64,000 bases of DNA. Source: Pseudomonas phage sp. 30-2. Each line of letters opens with the position of its first letter. Position 1 is the first letter of the stretch. The stretch lies in the sequence record LC727697.1; one strand, 5' to 3'. A program made the position numbers and the translations under genes. The notes under the pieces are model-generated. The model did no database searches. It had not been told where the DNA came from and saw only the letters and a list, made by a program, of their open reading frames with translations. Below, piece after piece: positions 10,070 through 20,227 of the stretch.

Positions 10070-10245
10070 TTTATTTTAGATTTTAAGAAATTAATATACC
10101 TCAGTACATTAGTGTGTTTATTTCTGTCTGACAGACACTTACAACCGCCGTTAGTTACCATTCCTTTCCGATGCGATGGGCGAAATATACAATTGCCATC
10201 AGTACATGCACAATCTAATTGTTCTAGAAATTCGTCTATTGTCAT

Positions 10246-10596
10246 TTACTTTACCTTCAAATACGGTTGCATTGTATATGCACTGGAATAAAATGTTCTT
10301 CGCCAAACTAATGTATAATTTATCCACATATTTAATATTTCTTTCTGGGTAGCACGATTGTACACTGGTGATATTTTCACATTAGATGCAGAAATTCTAA
10401 TTATGCGTTCTAGTTCTTCTTCTATGATGTTAATTGGGCTAGTAATATTATGGTCTAACAAGCGATGCATTTTTTTATTATTTTTGTATTCTATATATAC
10501 GCCGTAGTCGTTATAAAATTTAGATAACGAAATACGTTCTATCGAACTAGAAACTTTTAGTAGATTGATTAATTTAAATACATACTCAAAGTTCAT
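10246..10596 (-). CDS. hypothetical protein
   Basis: ORF. Confidence 0.45.
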   Translation of the reverse strand: MNFEYVFKLINLLKVSSSIERISLSKFYNDYGVYIEYKNNKKMHRLLDHNITSPINIIEEELERIIRISASNVKISPVYNRATQKEILNMWINYTLVWRRTFYSSAYTMQPYLKVK

Positions 10597-10753
10597 TCAT
10601 TATACTCTTTAATTTCATAATGACTGTTCCATATGGGTTTAGGATTATTTAAATTAATAAAAACGATGGGTGATGATGATGAATCTATAGTATATATAGA
10701 TAAATGATAATATATCATATGTGCTAAGTGCATCTGTATTTTAAATATGTTTA

Positions 10754-11026
10754 TCATTTATAAAGTTTCATTCTTGGGTTATTAATCCATCTAATATAAC
10801 TGTTATGTAAATGATTTATTCTATTAGAATAATCACTTAGATTATTAGTTATTTTAGTTGTTTCCTTATGTACTTTAAAATGAAATATGAAAGATGAAAT
10901 ACTACCATACTCTGTCGGTACTTCGAATCTAATTATAATTGATGTTGTTTTGTCCTGCAGATTTTCCATGATGATTTCGAGATATTGATACATGGAACAT
11001 AGTTTACATAGTTTAGTCATGTGCAT
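10754..11026 (-). CDS. hypothetical small protein
   Basis: ORF. Confidence 0.4.
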   Translation of the reverse strand: MHMTKLCKLCSMYQYLEIIMENLQDKTTSIIIRFEVPTEYGSISSFIFHFKVHKETTKITNNLSDYSNRINHLHNSYIRWINNPRMKLYK

Positions 11027-11235
11027 GATTTTAAGAACCTAGAATAGCTTAATATCTCGTAGTTGGATACATTCGCACATAACACTATGTTTACTTTTTT
11101 TACTAATACTTTGAATATGTCATTAACACTGAAATCGCCATACGCATCTTTAGTGTCATAGGTTATTCCACAGTTTGGTTCTTGCCAAAATGCCGGCGAA
11201 GGACCGGCATCTGTACACATAACAAATATTCTCAT
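11017..11235 (-). CDS. hypothetical small protein
   Basis: ORF. Confidence 0.4.
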   Translation of the reverse strand: MRIFVMCTDAGPSPAFWQEPNCGITYDTKDAYGDFSVNDIFKVLVKKVNIVLCANVSNYEILSYSRFLKSCT

Positions 11236-11239
11236 TTAA

Positions 11240-11455
11240 TTAGTATTGTTTCTTTATTTTATAAAGGGCTGCTGTGCAGTAGTGAGATAGTACGCGGATG
11301 GCGTCGTCGGCAGTGCAATTTTCGTGGCGTGCAACATACTCGCCCTCGTTAGGTTGTTGGCCAACCTCATATCTACCATCGTCGCGATATTTCCTTACTT
11401 GTACAGTATAAGTAGGATATTCGAGTTCGGCAATTATATCGAAATGTTTGTTCAT
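11240..11455 (-). CDS. hypothetical small protein
   Basis: ORF, locally GC-richer. Confidence 0.45.
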   Translation of the reverse strand: MNKHFDIIAELEYPTYTVQVRKYRDDGRYEVGQQPNEGEYVARHENCTADDAIRVLSHYCTAALYKIKKQY

Positions 11456-11770
11456 AACTGTGACCTCGTGTGATTTATATTTAATATACTATACTCTGTG
11501 TATTAATAAAATTGTAAATTTATTGTTTTAATGGAAAATACCAGAATGTAATACTATACTGATTTAAATGAGTATTTTCTGATTTTGCTAAATTAGATAA
11601 TAATAGTTGATTGCATTTGACATCTGCAATAATACTTTGTCTAGTAATCTTTTTCTATATAATACCTAAACTAATATTATTACAAATTATTTTAGAAATT
11701 TCAAAACTAGTATTATAAGATATGTTTTATAATGAGTAACATTATAAAATAACATTTATTAGGTTAATAA

Positions 11771-11798
11771 AAAGCGGAACAATTGTTCCGCTTTTGTG
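11771..11798. terminator. hairpin terminator at 3' end of tRNA operon
   Basis: aaagcggaacaattgttccgcttttgtg immediately downstream (minus strand) of the last tRNA. Confidence 0.65.
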
Positions 11799-11799
11799 T

Positions 11800-11889
11800 T
11801 GGCAGATACTGTAGGATTCGAACCTACGGAGCTTTTTCAAACTCACTTCCTTAGCAGGGAAGCACCTTAAGCCACTCGGTCAAGTATCT
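11800..11889 (-). tRNA. tRNA-Ser (anticodon GCU), CCA encoded
   Basis: Cloverleaf read by hand: acceptor AGATACT/AGTATCT, anticodon loop CTGCTAA, long variable arm, T-loop GTAGG-TTCGAAT-CCTAC. Confidence 0.85.
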
Positions 11890-11894
11890 ATATT

Positions 11895-11984
11895 TGGCGG
11901 AGAGGGTGGGATTCGAACCCACGGGACCTTTCGATCCGCTAGTTTTCAAGACTAGTATAATAAACCAGACTCTATCACCTCTCC
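11895..11984 (-). tRNA. tRNA-Ser (anticodon UGA), CCA encoded
   Basis: acceptor GGAGAGG/CCTCTCC, anticodon loop CTTGAAA, long variable arm, T-loop TTCGAAT. Confidence 0.85.
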
Positions 11985-11998
11985 AAAACTAGTTAATT

Positions 11999-12358
11999 CT
12001 ATTCGTAAATTATTCTACAATGTTGTTTTCCTGCAACTCTATCTAAATAACCAAGTCTAGCTAAAATAGCTGGAGCTACATTATTATATTCATCTATAAA
12101 AGATTTAGGAACATTATATAAGTATGCACTTTGGTCATTATCGAATTCTTTACAAAAGATACCATAAAAGTGCGGAACATAGGGATTATCTTCGAATTCC
12201 TTATTTTCTAAAATCTTATCTTCTAAATACGCATCATTTGCAAATAATCTAATATTTTTATTTATTTTATTAGATTCGTATTCCGAGTCTTCGTATATAA
12301 TTTTTGCATCGGCAGTAGGAAGATATATTCCGTATACAATTTGAATTTTGGAAATCAT
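11999..12358 (-). CDS. hypothetical protein within tRNA region
   Basis: 119-aa ORF. Confidence 0.45.
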   Translation of the reverse strand: MISKIQIVYGIYLPTADAKIIYEDSEYESNKINKNIRLFANDAYLEDKILENKEFEDNPYVPHFYGIFCKEFDNDQSAYLYNVPKSFIDEYNNVAPAILARLGYLDRVAGKQHCRIIYE

Positions 12359-13170
12359 TTAAAATTCTCTTTTGTTATTTTATGCACTTATTATACGAAA
12401 TAATTATACTTTTGTCAAATGTTATTTTGTATATTTAAAAGAAATCATCATAAGAATGTACTACAAGTATATATTTTTCTTATTAAATATCCGTCGGGAT
12501 CTATTATAAAAATATTCAAATGCTTTGAATAAAAAACACCATTAAAAAAGTAAGTAGGGGATATTCGTATAATACCTTCGTTAGCATTAATAGATATCCT
12601 AAATATGTTTTCCATAAATCCACACCGTTATTATGTGTATTTATGGTTTTATTTCTATTTAGAATAGTTATTATAATAGATATATAATGGTTATTTAAAG
12701 GTAAGTCAATTTATAAAATAATAGATAAGCTAAAAATATTTGCATGCAATTAAAAAATCAGTTGTTTTATCTACAACATATATTTCTAATTGTTTTCTAT
12801 TGCTTGTCGGTTTAGTTTTTATCGAAACACATATAGATTTTGTATAAGACAACCTAGAAATGCTATATACATTTTCACGAAAAATAGACAAATCGAGTCT
12901 AAATATGCAACCTGCCATTTAATGTTGGTTCCTTAAACAGAACAATATCAATTTATATTTTTATTCTATCTGTCTAAAAACCATAAAGCATAATTTCCTA
13001 TATTAGGAAGGTATAAACATAAACAATGAGATTTTCTTACATACAATAACTCTGTTGTGTATGCCTGTATTTCCAGCACCGTTATATTAGATGGTATAAC
13101 TAATACTTCCATATTTATCCACTACACGAATCATCGAATAGATATACCAATCAATTATATTAGAATATTG

Positions 13171-13243
13171 AGCAGCCCACGGGACTCGAACCCGTAACAT
13201 CTGACTTGGAAGGACAGTGCTCTACCAATTGAGCTAGGACTGC
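13171..13243 (-). tRNA. tRNA-Gly (anticodon UCC, probable), no encoded CCA
   Basis: acceptor GCAGTCC/GGGCTGC (one GU), D-arm GCTC-AATTGGTA-GAGC, anticodon loop CTTCCAA, T-loop TTCGAGT. Confidence 0.7.
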
Positions 13244-13252
13244 ATAGTAAAT

Positions 13253-13329
13253 TGGTCTAGGCAGGAGACCTCGAATCCCCAACCTCTTGCTCCCAAAGCA
13301 AGTGCTCTACCTACTTGAGCTATGCCTAG
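13253..13329 (-). tRNA. tRNA-Pro (anticodon UGG), CCA encoded
   Basis: acceptor CTAGGCA/TGCCTAG, anticodon stem CTTGC/GCAAG, loop TTTGGGA, T-loop TTCGAGG. Confidence 0.85.
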
Positions 13330-13338
13330 ATATAAAAC

Positions 13339-13415
13339 TGGTTGCAGGGGTGGGATTCGAACCCACGATAAAAAGGTTATGAGCCTTTCTGCTTAGACCT
13401 CTTGCATACCCTGCG
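13339..13415 (-). tRNA. tRNA-Met, initiator-like (anticodon CAU, C1-A72 mismatch, A73)
   Basis: 5' CGCAGGG vs 3' CCCTGCA leaves C1:A72 unpaired as in bacterial tRNA-fMet; anticodon loop CTCATAA; 3' end ...CCCTGCAACCA resembles E. coli tRNA-fMet. Confidence 0.7.
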
Positions 13416-13438
13416 ATAAAACTATATTGTTATATTAT

Positions 13439-13771
13439 TTACCATTTTAAATTTTTAATCTGAGAAAAATCAAATTCCGGAAGTATGCATTTATCGTCTA
13501 GATAATCTTGCATAATCTTTACATCATCAGGCGAACACGAACCTGTACTAGATTGCCACAGGCTCATTATATCTTTCGAATACATAGATCCACGACTATG
13601 TATTCCGTATCTACAGTGCATATTGTCTTTTACTATGCCAACTCTTGCTTTTCCGGCATCGAAATAAACAATATTATATATTCCGTCTATATATGAAATT
13701 AGACGTGCATTTTTTCTATTGTTACGCTTTATCCATTTTAGAACATCTGTATCATTAGAATAATTATTCAT
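13439..13771 (-). CDS. hypothetical protein
   Basis: ORF between tRNAs. Confidence 0.45.
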   Translation of the reverse strand: MNNYSNDTDVLKWIKRNNRKNARLISYIDGIYNIVYFDAGKARVGIVKDNMHCRYGIHSRGSMYSKDIMSLWQSSTGSCSPDDVKIMQDYLDDKCILPEFDFSQIKNLKW

Positions 13772-13799
13772 TATTTGAGGTACTCTTATATATACATGT

Positions 13800-14042
13800 T
13801 TATTCTAAAATTATTTTCCCTTTACCGTATAATTCTGTATTATACCAAGCTACAGAGTATAAGTAAATAGAATTATATTTAATATCGAATATGTATATTC
13901 CGCTAGTATCAGTTCTAATACTGAATGCTTGTTGTTGAAGCCAAAATAATTTTATTTGTAACGATAACTCTTTGCATTTCCTACAAGTCGATGTATGCTT
14001 TTTGATTGTTCTGTATTGTAGATGTTCTTTGCATCTATTCAT
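13800..14042 (-). CDS. hypothetical small protein
   Basis: ORF. Confidence 0.35.
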   Translation of the reverse strand: MNRCKEHLQYRTIKKHTSTCRKCKELSLQIKLFWLQQQAFSIRTDTSGIYIFDIKYNSIYLYSVAWYNTELYGKGKIILE

Positions 14043-14310
14043 ATTATTAATATAAATTTTTATACTATAATATTTTTATAGCGAGTCCAGCCTACTAAAC
14101 AGGTATTGTGCAGATTGTAGTTCGAATCAATTCCGATTAATACTCGTCCTATATAATTTTTTCGTAAGTTTAGCTGACCTGGACTGATCCGAGTTTTTCT
14201 GCACACTTCAAATATATCTTTACCTATACAACAGAAACCTTGTTTCATACTATAACGAAGAAGTCTTATGTCAAATCTTATTGTTTGCATAACACAACAC
14301 TCTTTAAAAT

Positions 14311-14387
14311 TGGCGCGCCCGGAGGGATTCGAACCCCCGACCATCCGCTTAGAAGGCGGATGCTCTATCCAGCTGAGCTACGAGCGC
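14311..14387 (-). tRNA. tRNA-Arg (anticodon UCU), CCA encoded
   Basis: acceptor GCGCTCG/CGGGCGC, anticodon stem TCCGC/GCGGA, loop CTTCTAA, T-loop TTCGAAT. Confidence 0.9.
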
Positions 14388-15293
14388 ATATCTTGTGCAA
14401 CTAATGATAGCTTTGTAATAATGCTTTGTATGCGTAACATTATATACTGTTTTGTTTGTTCGGTCAACTATTTTTATTAAAATATATATCTATACAATTA
14501 AGTAATGATCGACGTAACATTTATGAAAATAACTACCACTATTTATTAAGTATAAAGCTATTACGGATTTCTCACAAAAAGTATTTTTACTGACTACAAA
14601 CCCTTTGTAGATTTTTGCATGACATACGATGCGTTCTAAATAGTACGAATAGGAAAAAATACAGTTCATTATCATCATCTTAGCCGTACAATATAACAAT
14701 TCTTATCTAGCCGAACATACCATACTATTTCGCCAGAATAAACACAAACTATGGATTCCGACCATTTTAATAACGACAATTTACATATCAATGTTTTATG
14801 CGAAATAGTTAAAATTTTTTCCATTCTTTATTCTATGTAATAAAGTTAATAAGAAATACTAAGTATACCGCAATATCGATAATAAACAGAATTGCTATAT
14901 ATTATCTAAGCACTTCCGGTATTTGTTACAATAAAAATATTATGTATTATAGAATATAACGGAACATCGGATGCAAATAGTATCTTATCTTAAATATCAT
15001 AGTAATAGAAAGGATAGTAACAGATCTATTATCGCATAACGATATTATGTTGAAACAAGGCATGTATATTACTTCTGTTGAGTATTGTAAATTAATAATG
15101 TATTTCATTTTTTAATTCTATATTGCATTGTATTTCCATGCCATAGAAAATGTACCGATATCAAAATGTACCCATAATGTAAAAGATCTATTATTTTTTA
15201 TAGTGACTACTAACTTGTTTAATACGCGATATTCTATTACGTATGTGTTGGCAGATATATGCATTATTTCATTCATAATAAAAATATCATAAT

Positions 15294-15326
15294 AAAAAAG
15301 GAACATACCATAATATGTTCCTTTTG
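15294..15326 (-). terminator. rho-independent terminator inside tRNA cluster
   Basis: aaaaaaggaacataccataatatgttccttttg hairpin flanked by A/T runs. Confidence 0.6.
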
Positions 15327-15334
15327 TAGGAGTT

Positions 15335-15419
15335 TGGTGCCCGGTGCCAGACTCGAACTGGCACGACTTTCGTCGGGAGATTTTAAGTCTCCTGTGTCTA
15401 CCGATTTCACCAACCGGGC
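15335..15419 (-). tRNA. tRNA-Leu (anticodon UAA), CCA encoded
   Basis: acceptor GCCCGGT/ACCGGGC, anticodon stem GGAGA/TCTCC, loop CTTAAAA, long variable arm. Confidence 0.85.
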
Positions 15420-15469
15420 ATATTCATTCATTATATAGTTTAAGTATAGTTTGATTTGTATATAAAAAT

Positions 15470-15546
15470 TGGTGGGACTTACTGGATTCGAACCAGTGAC
15501 CTAGCGATTATGAGTCGCGCGCTCTAACCAACTGAGCTAAAGTCCC
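15470..15546 (-). tRNA. tRNA with CAU anticodon: elongator Met or Ile2 (lysidine) candidate
   Basis: acceptor GGGACTT/AAGTCCC; body GCTCAGTTGGTTAGAGC-GCGCGA-CTCATAA-TCGCT closely resembles E. coli tRNA-Ile2. Confidence 0.8.
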
Positions 15547-15615
15547 GTTTGAAACATTATATGAATATTTTATTTAGACTATTGTATCTCTTTAGATACA
15601 AATGTTATTTAAAAT

Positions 15616-15691
<76 letters not shown>

Positions 15692-15717
15692 ATATTGAAT
15701 ATACAACAAAGTGTAAT

Positions 15718-15793
15718 TGGCTGGCTAGGTAGGACTCGAACCTACGACCCAATGATTAACAGTCATTTGCTCTACCGACTGAGCTACTAGCCA
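15718..15793 (-). tRNA. tRNA-Asn (anticodon GUU), CCA encoded
   Basis: acceptor TGGCTAG/CTAGCCA, anticodon stem AATGA/TCATT, loop CTGTTAA, T-loop GTAGG-TTCGAGT-CCTAC. Confidence 0.85.
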
Positions 15794-15843
15794 TTTAATT
15801 TTAGAATAGTTTCCTATCTTGTTAAGTATTTATATCTTTTGTT

Positions 15844-15928
15844 TGGTACCCGAGACCGGACTCGAACCGGTACGCTGCGAAGCGGGAGATTTTAAGTCTC
15901 CTGTGTCTACCAATTTCACCACTCGGGC
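15844..15928 (-). tRNA. tRNA-Leu (anticodon UAA), second diverged copy
   Basis: same D-arm and anticodon arm as 15335..15419 but different acceptor stem (GCCCGAG) and variable arm. Confidence 0.85.
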
Positions 15929-15950
15929 TAAAAGCACAACATCTTAAAAT

Positions 15951-16027
15951 TGGTCCCTCGAACTGGATTCGAACCAGTGACCTAGCGATTATGAGTCGCG
16001 CGCTCTAACCAACTGAGCTACCGAGGG
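15951..16027 (-). tRNA. tRNA with CAU anticodon: Ile2 (lysidine) or elongator Met candidate
   Basis: body identical to 15470..15546 between positions 8 and 65; acceptor stem CCCTCGG/TCGAGGG differs. Confidence 0.8.
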
Positions 16028-16064
16028 GTTTTTTAACTTGTTAAATAAGCTGCATTATACGCTT

Positions 16065-16093
16065 ATTATACTAAAACTTTTAAGCTATTGCAA
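16065..16093 (-). promoter_or_regulatory. sigma70-type promoter P1 for tRNA operon (-35 TTGCAA, 17-bp spacer, -10 TATAAT)
   Basis: minus strand reads TTGCAA-tagcttaaaagttttag-TATAAT; lies about 35 nt upstream of the 5' end of the first tRNA. Confidence 0.65.
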
Positions 16094-16143
16094 CATTTTT
16101 TATTACGTTTTGTTTGTAAACTGTATTGCGTTGTTATGTGCTT

Positions 16144-16172
16144 ATTATACTAAAACTTTTAAGCTATTGCAA
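16144..16172 (-). promoter_or_regulatory. sigma70-type promoter P2, exact duplicate of P1
   Basis: second copy of the same -35/-10 pair within an about 79-bp tandem duplication. Confidence 0.6.
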
Positions 16173-16530
16173 CATTTTTTATTACGTTTTGTTTGTTGCT
16201 GTGTTATTGCGTTATATGTGCAAATTATACGCATACTTTTATATGAAAACTATACTATATTTACAATATTTTTGGAATGTACTTTTATATAAGTAGTGAA
16301 CAGAAAGTTATATAATATACACGAAATATATTTCATACACTTCGGTAATAAAAGTATTTAATTACCAGGTTCCCACGTTTATCTGGTAGAATTAGAGACA
16401 TTCGTTGTAAAATATAACTAAAATTGTAATGCAGTCTTACAACTCTACTTCTGCTGCTTATATGTAATATAGTTTCAAATGTAACTATTTTGTCGTTATT
16501 CTGTCTTATATAATCATAAGTGTTCATATA

Positions 16531-17016
16531 TTAATATCTATCTAATTTTCTAGAAAGTTTTTCTACAAAATCTACAAATCTTGTAAATTTATATTGACTG
16601 GCGATGTTGGTTTTAAATGCAGCAGAAGTGTATGTGTGAAAACATTTTATGAGGTATTTCTTATGTTTTGCTCCGCATACCTTTAGTGCAAATCTACTAG
16701 CAAACATTTCGGAATAAAGACATTTATAAAAATCTTGTGTCTTATTATATAAAAGATACCCGTGTGTAGGACAAATAGGAGTATAGTAATCTAAATAAAT
16801 TTTATAATTAACTAATGTATGATGAATATAATGCCCTATTTCGTGCCAAAATATAGGTATAAAATTACTATTAAATACATTTACGCTAACTGTTATTTTA
16901 TCTGCGTTATCTATTTGTAAACTTCCTGTATCTAATTTTACAAAAGGATTAAATTTAATTCTATACCGTTTGCATATTCGTCTTGCAAGTATAAAATTAT
17001 ATATAGGATTATTCAT
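16531..17016 (-). CDS. putative HExxH zinc metallopeptidase-like protein
   Basis: WHEIGHYIHH motif. Confidence 0.5.
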   Translation of the reverse strand: MNNPIYNFILARRICKRYRIKFNPFVKLDTGSLQIDNADKITVSVNVFNSNFIPIFWHEIGHYIHHTLVNYKIYLDYYTPICPTHGYLLYNKTQDFYKCLYSEMFASRFALKVCGAKHKKYLIKCFHTYTSAAFKTNIASQYKFTRFVDFVEKLSRKLDRY

Positions 17017-17321
17017 ATTCCCGTCATATCGTGTAAAGGAACAGAAGATTCATCTGTAACAGATGTGTCTATGTAGGCAAATTTATCGTGTATTCGGTTT
17101 GCATTCTTACTTATATAGATAATGATATCTATAGAACCGTCTTTAATGTCGTTAAACAAAATGTCAGTAAATACAATGCATTTGCATCTTCTTTTGTGTA
17201 ACGTCATTATAGCAGATAAATTAGAATCACTATAAATATGAATAAGTGTTGCGCCGCCGCGCTGGAATCCTCCTATTACAGACGTACATCTTTGAAGTAT
17301 CAGTATTAAATTTATATTCAT
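17013..17321 (-). CDS. hypothetical small protein
   Basis: tiled ORF. Confidence 0.4.
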   Translation of the reverse strand: MNINLILILQRCTSVIGGFQRGGATLIHIYSDSNLSAIMTLHKRRCKCIVFTDILFNDIKDGSIDIIIYISKNANRIHDKFAYIDTSVTDESSVPLHDMTGI

Positions 17322-17575
17322 CGAAGTATGTGCATTGCTCTTAATAGTTCTAAATCTTTAATATAGATTGCATCTTTGCCTATAGTATTGGTATTACGCG
17401 AAATATATAATATGAAATAAATGCATTTTATTCGTTTCATACATATATCTGTAAATAAGAATCCAATACCACTTCTTCTATTAATTAAAAAATATCCACT
17501 ATTAAAACAACCGAACAGTATTGTATTTTTATTATATGTTATTTTATGTAACAGTCGCTGTACAATGAATATCAT
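17318..17575 (-). CDS. hypothetical small protein
   Basis: tiled ORF. Confidence 0.4.
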   Translation of the reverse strand: MIFIVQRLLHKITYNKNTILFGCFNSGYFLINRRSGIGFLFTDICMKRIKCIYFILYISRNTNTIGKDAIYIKDLELLRAMHILR

Positions 17576-17584
17576 AATTTAGGA

Positions 17585-17911
17585 TTATGTTTTGGGGCGG
17601 GTAAAGAATATAGTAATTCCAAGTTCAGTATCTACTTGTGCTGTACCTGTAGAACCCAAAAATGATATTTCGTCTGAATTTATTGATATATACAATATAA
17701 AATTTTCATCATATATTCCAATATCTTGGATACTATCAATATATAATAAAAATTTCATATTACTGCTAAACGAACCTATATCCATATTGTTATAATTCCG
17801 TGCAGATATCTTGACACTTTTACCGATTCCAAATAATCTTATTTTTGGGTTTCCTAAGTAGGAAAATTTATTAACGCATGCTTGGAAACATAATATAATT
17901 TGTTCATTCAT
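17585..17911 (-). CDS. hypothetical small protein
   Basis: tiled ORF. Confidence 0.4.
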   Translation of the reverse strand: MNEQIILCFQACVNKFSYLGNPKIRLFGIGKSVKISARNYNNMDIGSFSSNMKFLLYIDSIQDIGIYDENFILYISINSDEISFLGSTGTAQVDTELGITIFFTRPKT

Positions 17912-17913
17912 AT

Positions 17914-18237
17914 TTAATCTGCAAAAAATTTAACTTTTTCCTGAAAATATCCAGTACCTAAACAAAATGTATCGTTATGTAGGGTTATACAGCCATAGTC
18001 ATCAGTCACAGTTATTGTTTTTATATTTGACTGGATATATAATATTGATTCTAGTGGTATAGTTTTGCCCATACATTGAACAAAAAGCATAGTGAATTCT
18101 GTATTGACTATTATATTATGTAGATATGTATTATTGTCACTATACATACACAAATATAACACATCATCCTTGCCATATTCAAATTCCATTTTATATATTT
18201 TATTAGATACAATTAACGGTATATTAACAGAGACCAT
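17914..18237 (-). CDS. hypothetical small protein
   Basis: tiled ORF; motif resemblance to 2584..2925. Confidence 0.4.
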   Translation of the reverse strand: MVSVNIPLIVSNKIYKMEFEYGKDDVLYLCMYSDNNTYLHNIIVNTEFTMLFVQCMGKTIPLESILYIQSNIKTITVTDDYGCITLHNDTFCLGTGYFQEKVKFFAD

Positions 18238-18679
18238 TAAAATATACTCCGTTTGTTAAATGTTACTTGCAAATCAATAAGTATATTTTTACTTGTATTT
18301 AATATAGTATTATAAGATTGAATGTGCATAAAGTCTGAGATAATAAAATTTTTAATTGTAACATTTCCGTAATGTATATTATAAGATAGGTTAAATCTAG
18401 AATTTAAAAATATACATCATTCTAGCAAATTATTATATTTGTAAGAATACGTACCCCTAGCGTTATAGCTGCAAAAATGCGTTATTTTGCATGCTAGTTT
18501 GCATAGTAGTGCAGTATACACAAAGCACACAAACAACGCATTATGCGCGTGTTTTGTGCTGTTTACGTATGCATTATTTTGCATGCTTTGCAGCAACTGT
18601 AAAAAGCATTTAAATTCCCAACTGTCATTGTATATCATAAAAAGAATACCATATATAGTCTAGTATCGTATTAAATAAA

Positions 18680-19765
18680 TTATATATGATTTAATACTTC
18701 ATTTATAAAACTATCATCGTATTCATATGGGTTAATTTCATCAGTTACAGTTGTTTTACGGACGATTTTATTTTTAAAGTCTACGTATAAGGGTAATGCA
18801 TTGCTAGCACTGATATATTTGTAAGATAGCCATTTCTTGGGAATAGCTACATATGTTCCGGGAATTCCGTTACTGACAAACATTTCACTAATATCGTCGA
18901 TTTCTTGATACAACGAAGGAACACCTACTGTATATTGCAGTCCGTATAGATAACTTCCGGTGCCTAGCGTCCGCCCGGTTGCCACATCAAATCTGCGGTC
19001 AAATACACGATGTCCTTCTTTTGTGCAATAATAAAACGCCTTTAAGAAATACTTTTCATATATACTCGATAGATCACCTACATCTAATTGTTTTAATTTT
19101 AGTATAACATTGTACATGTCTTCGTCATATGATTTTAATTTTTCAAATTCGTTCTTATACACATTATGATCAGAATTTATATACCATGCATATCTTCCGC
19201 CTACAAGATCTACTGCCATTTTTGCTAGACCTTTTTCTTCTTGATGATTAGGCAAGTTGATTGTCAAAAATAATTGTTTGCCACATTCAGTTGATGCCTT
19301 CCCTAGGTATATAACGGAATTTCCTACTTTATCTTTATATGCCCTAAATGGAATTAGTTCTTTTGCAGTTTTCTTTGCACTGGCAGAAATTACATTATCT
19401 GCCGGAATAATTCTATAACTACTAGAACTAAAATCAAATGAAAACTTACCTTTAATTACACCTTCCGAAACAGAAATGTTTTTTGTATGTAAAAGTTCTA
19501 CAAGAGATTCTGCCCTCAGATCAAATCTGCCATACATATCTATCTCTTTTATATATATTGCTGCTTGCATTACTTTCGCACTTCCGTGTCTAGTAGATAT
19601 ATCCTTTAAAATATGTATTTCGTCAAATATGTTTTGTACATTTCTTACACAATTTGTAAAACTGTAGGAAGGTTCAGGGCTAGTAATTTTTTTAGGCCAA
19701 ATCTGTACTTGTTTCTTTGTTTTTGTTTGTAGTTCTACGTCAGTATACCATATATTAATATTCAT
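18680..19765 (-). CDS. hypothetical protein (361 aa)
   Basis: long ORF; TKEGH segment superficially like an RNA-ligase KxDG motif but wrong position and spacing. Confidence 0.55.
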   Translation of the reverse strand: MNINIWYTDVELQTKTKKQVQIWPKKITSPEPSYSFTNCVRNVQNIFDEIHILKDISTRHGSAKVMQAAIYIKEIDMYGRFDLRAESLVELLHTKNISVSEGVIKGKFSFDFSSSSYRIIPADNVISASAKKTAKELIPFRAYKDKVGNSVIYLGKASTECGKQLFLTINLPNHQEEKGLAKMAVDLVGGRYAWYINSDHNVYKNEFEKLKSYDEDMYNVILKLKQLDVGDLSSIYEKYFLKAFYYCTKEGHRVFDRRFDVATGRTLGTGSYLYGLQYTVGVPSLYQEIDDISEMFVSNGIPGTYVAIPKKWLSYKYISASNALPLYVDFKNKIVRKTTVTDEINPYEYDDSFINEVLNHI

Positions 19766-19846
19766 AGATATATTCTCAATACATTATAGTAAGGACATTA
19801 TAGCATAAAACAATATTTTTGTGCTAAAGGTATGCGCAGACAAATA

Positions 19847-19870
19847 AAAAGGGCTTTAAGCCCTTTTTAT
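19847..19870. terminator. rho-independent terminator (AAAAGGGC..GCCCTTTT family)
   Basis: aaaaagggctttaagccctttttat. Confidence 0.7.
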
Positions 19871-19881
19871 TGATTTTCGTT

Positions 19882-20124
19882 CTACAAAAATAGATTGTAG
19901 CATGTTATTATTGAAATTAAAATTCCTAACACAACGGGAACATAAATCCATTTATTGCGAACCCGTTTATTAACAACAAATGTGTTATACAGAGCTACTA
20001 ACATTACCACTAATGATACTGCCATAATCATAAATGTCACAAGAAAAAGTCCAATATTTCCGTCTTGCATGCTCGACCAAAACGCTGCTTCTACCGGATT
20101 TCTGTACACTATAATTTCTTGCAT
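19882..20124 (-). CDS. small membrane protein, two predicted TM helices (holin-like topology)
   Basis: two long hydrophobic stretches separated by a charged loop. Confidence 0.5.
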   Translation of the reverse strand: MQEIIVYRNPVEAAFWSSMQDGNIGLFLVTFMIMAVSLVVMLVALYNTFVVNKRVRNKWIYVPVVLGILISIITCYNLFL

Positions 20125-20186
20125 GATAGTATCCTACTATGCGGTTTGTTGTTGCATAATACAATTAAACAGTAACTGTGTCAAAA

Positions 20187-20213
20187 GAAAAGCGCATATA
20201 AAAGCGCTTTTCT
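20187..20213. terminator. rho-independent terminator
   Basis: aaaagcgcatataaaagcgcttttc. Confidence 0.6.
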
Positions 20214-20227
20214 TTGTTTAGATTTTA

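Larger units (their letters stand above)
16062..16220. repeat. about 79-bp tandem direct duplication (first 57 nt identical) carrying the promoter elements
   Basis: cttattatactaaaacttttaagctattgcaacattttttattacgttttgtttgt occurs at 16062 and 16141. Confidence 0.8.

Noticed and set aside
14060-14344. 94-aa minus ORF and a possible degenerate tRNA (gtagttcgaatc at about 14125)
   Set aside because: The ORF overlaps tRNA-Arg by about 34 nt. The TTCGAAT-like segment has no matching acceptor or anticodon arms, so it is not a tRNA.
14268-14480. 70-aa plus-strand ORF
   Set aside because: Lies antisense across tRNA-Arg.
18680-19765. Possible RNA ligase (TKEG resembling KxDG motif I)
   Set aside because: The motif lacks the Asp and sits at the wrong position, two-thirds into the protein. 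No other ligase motifs were recognised.
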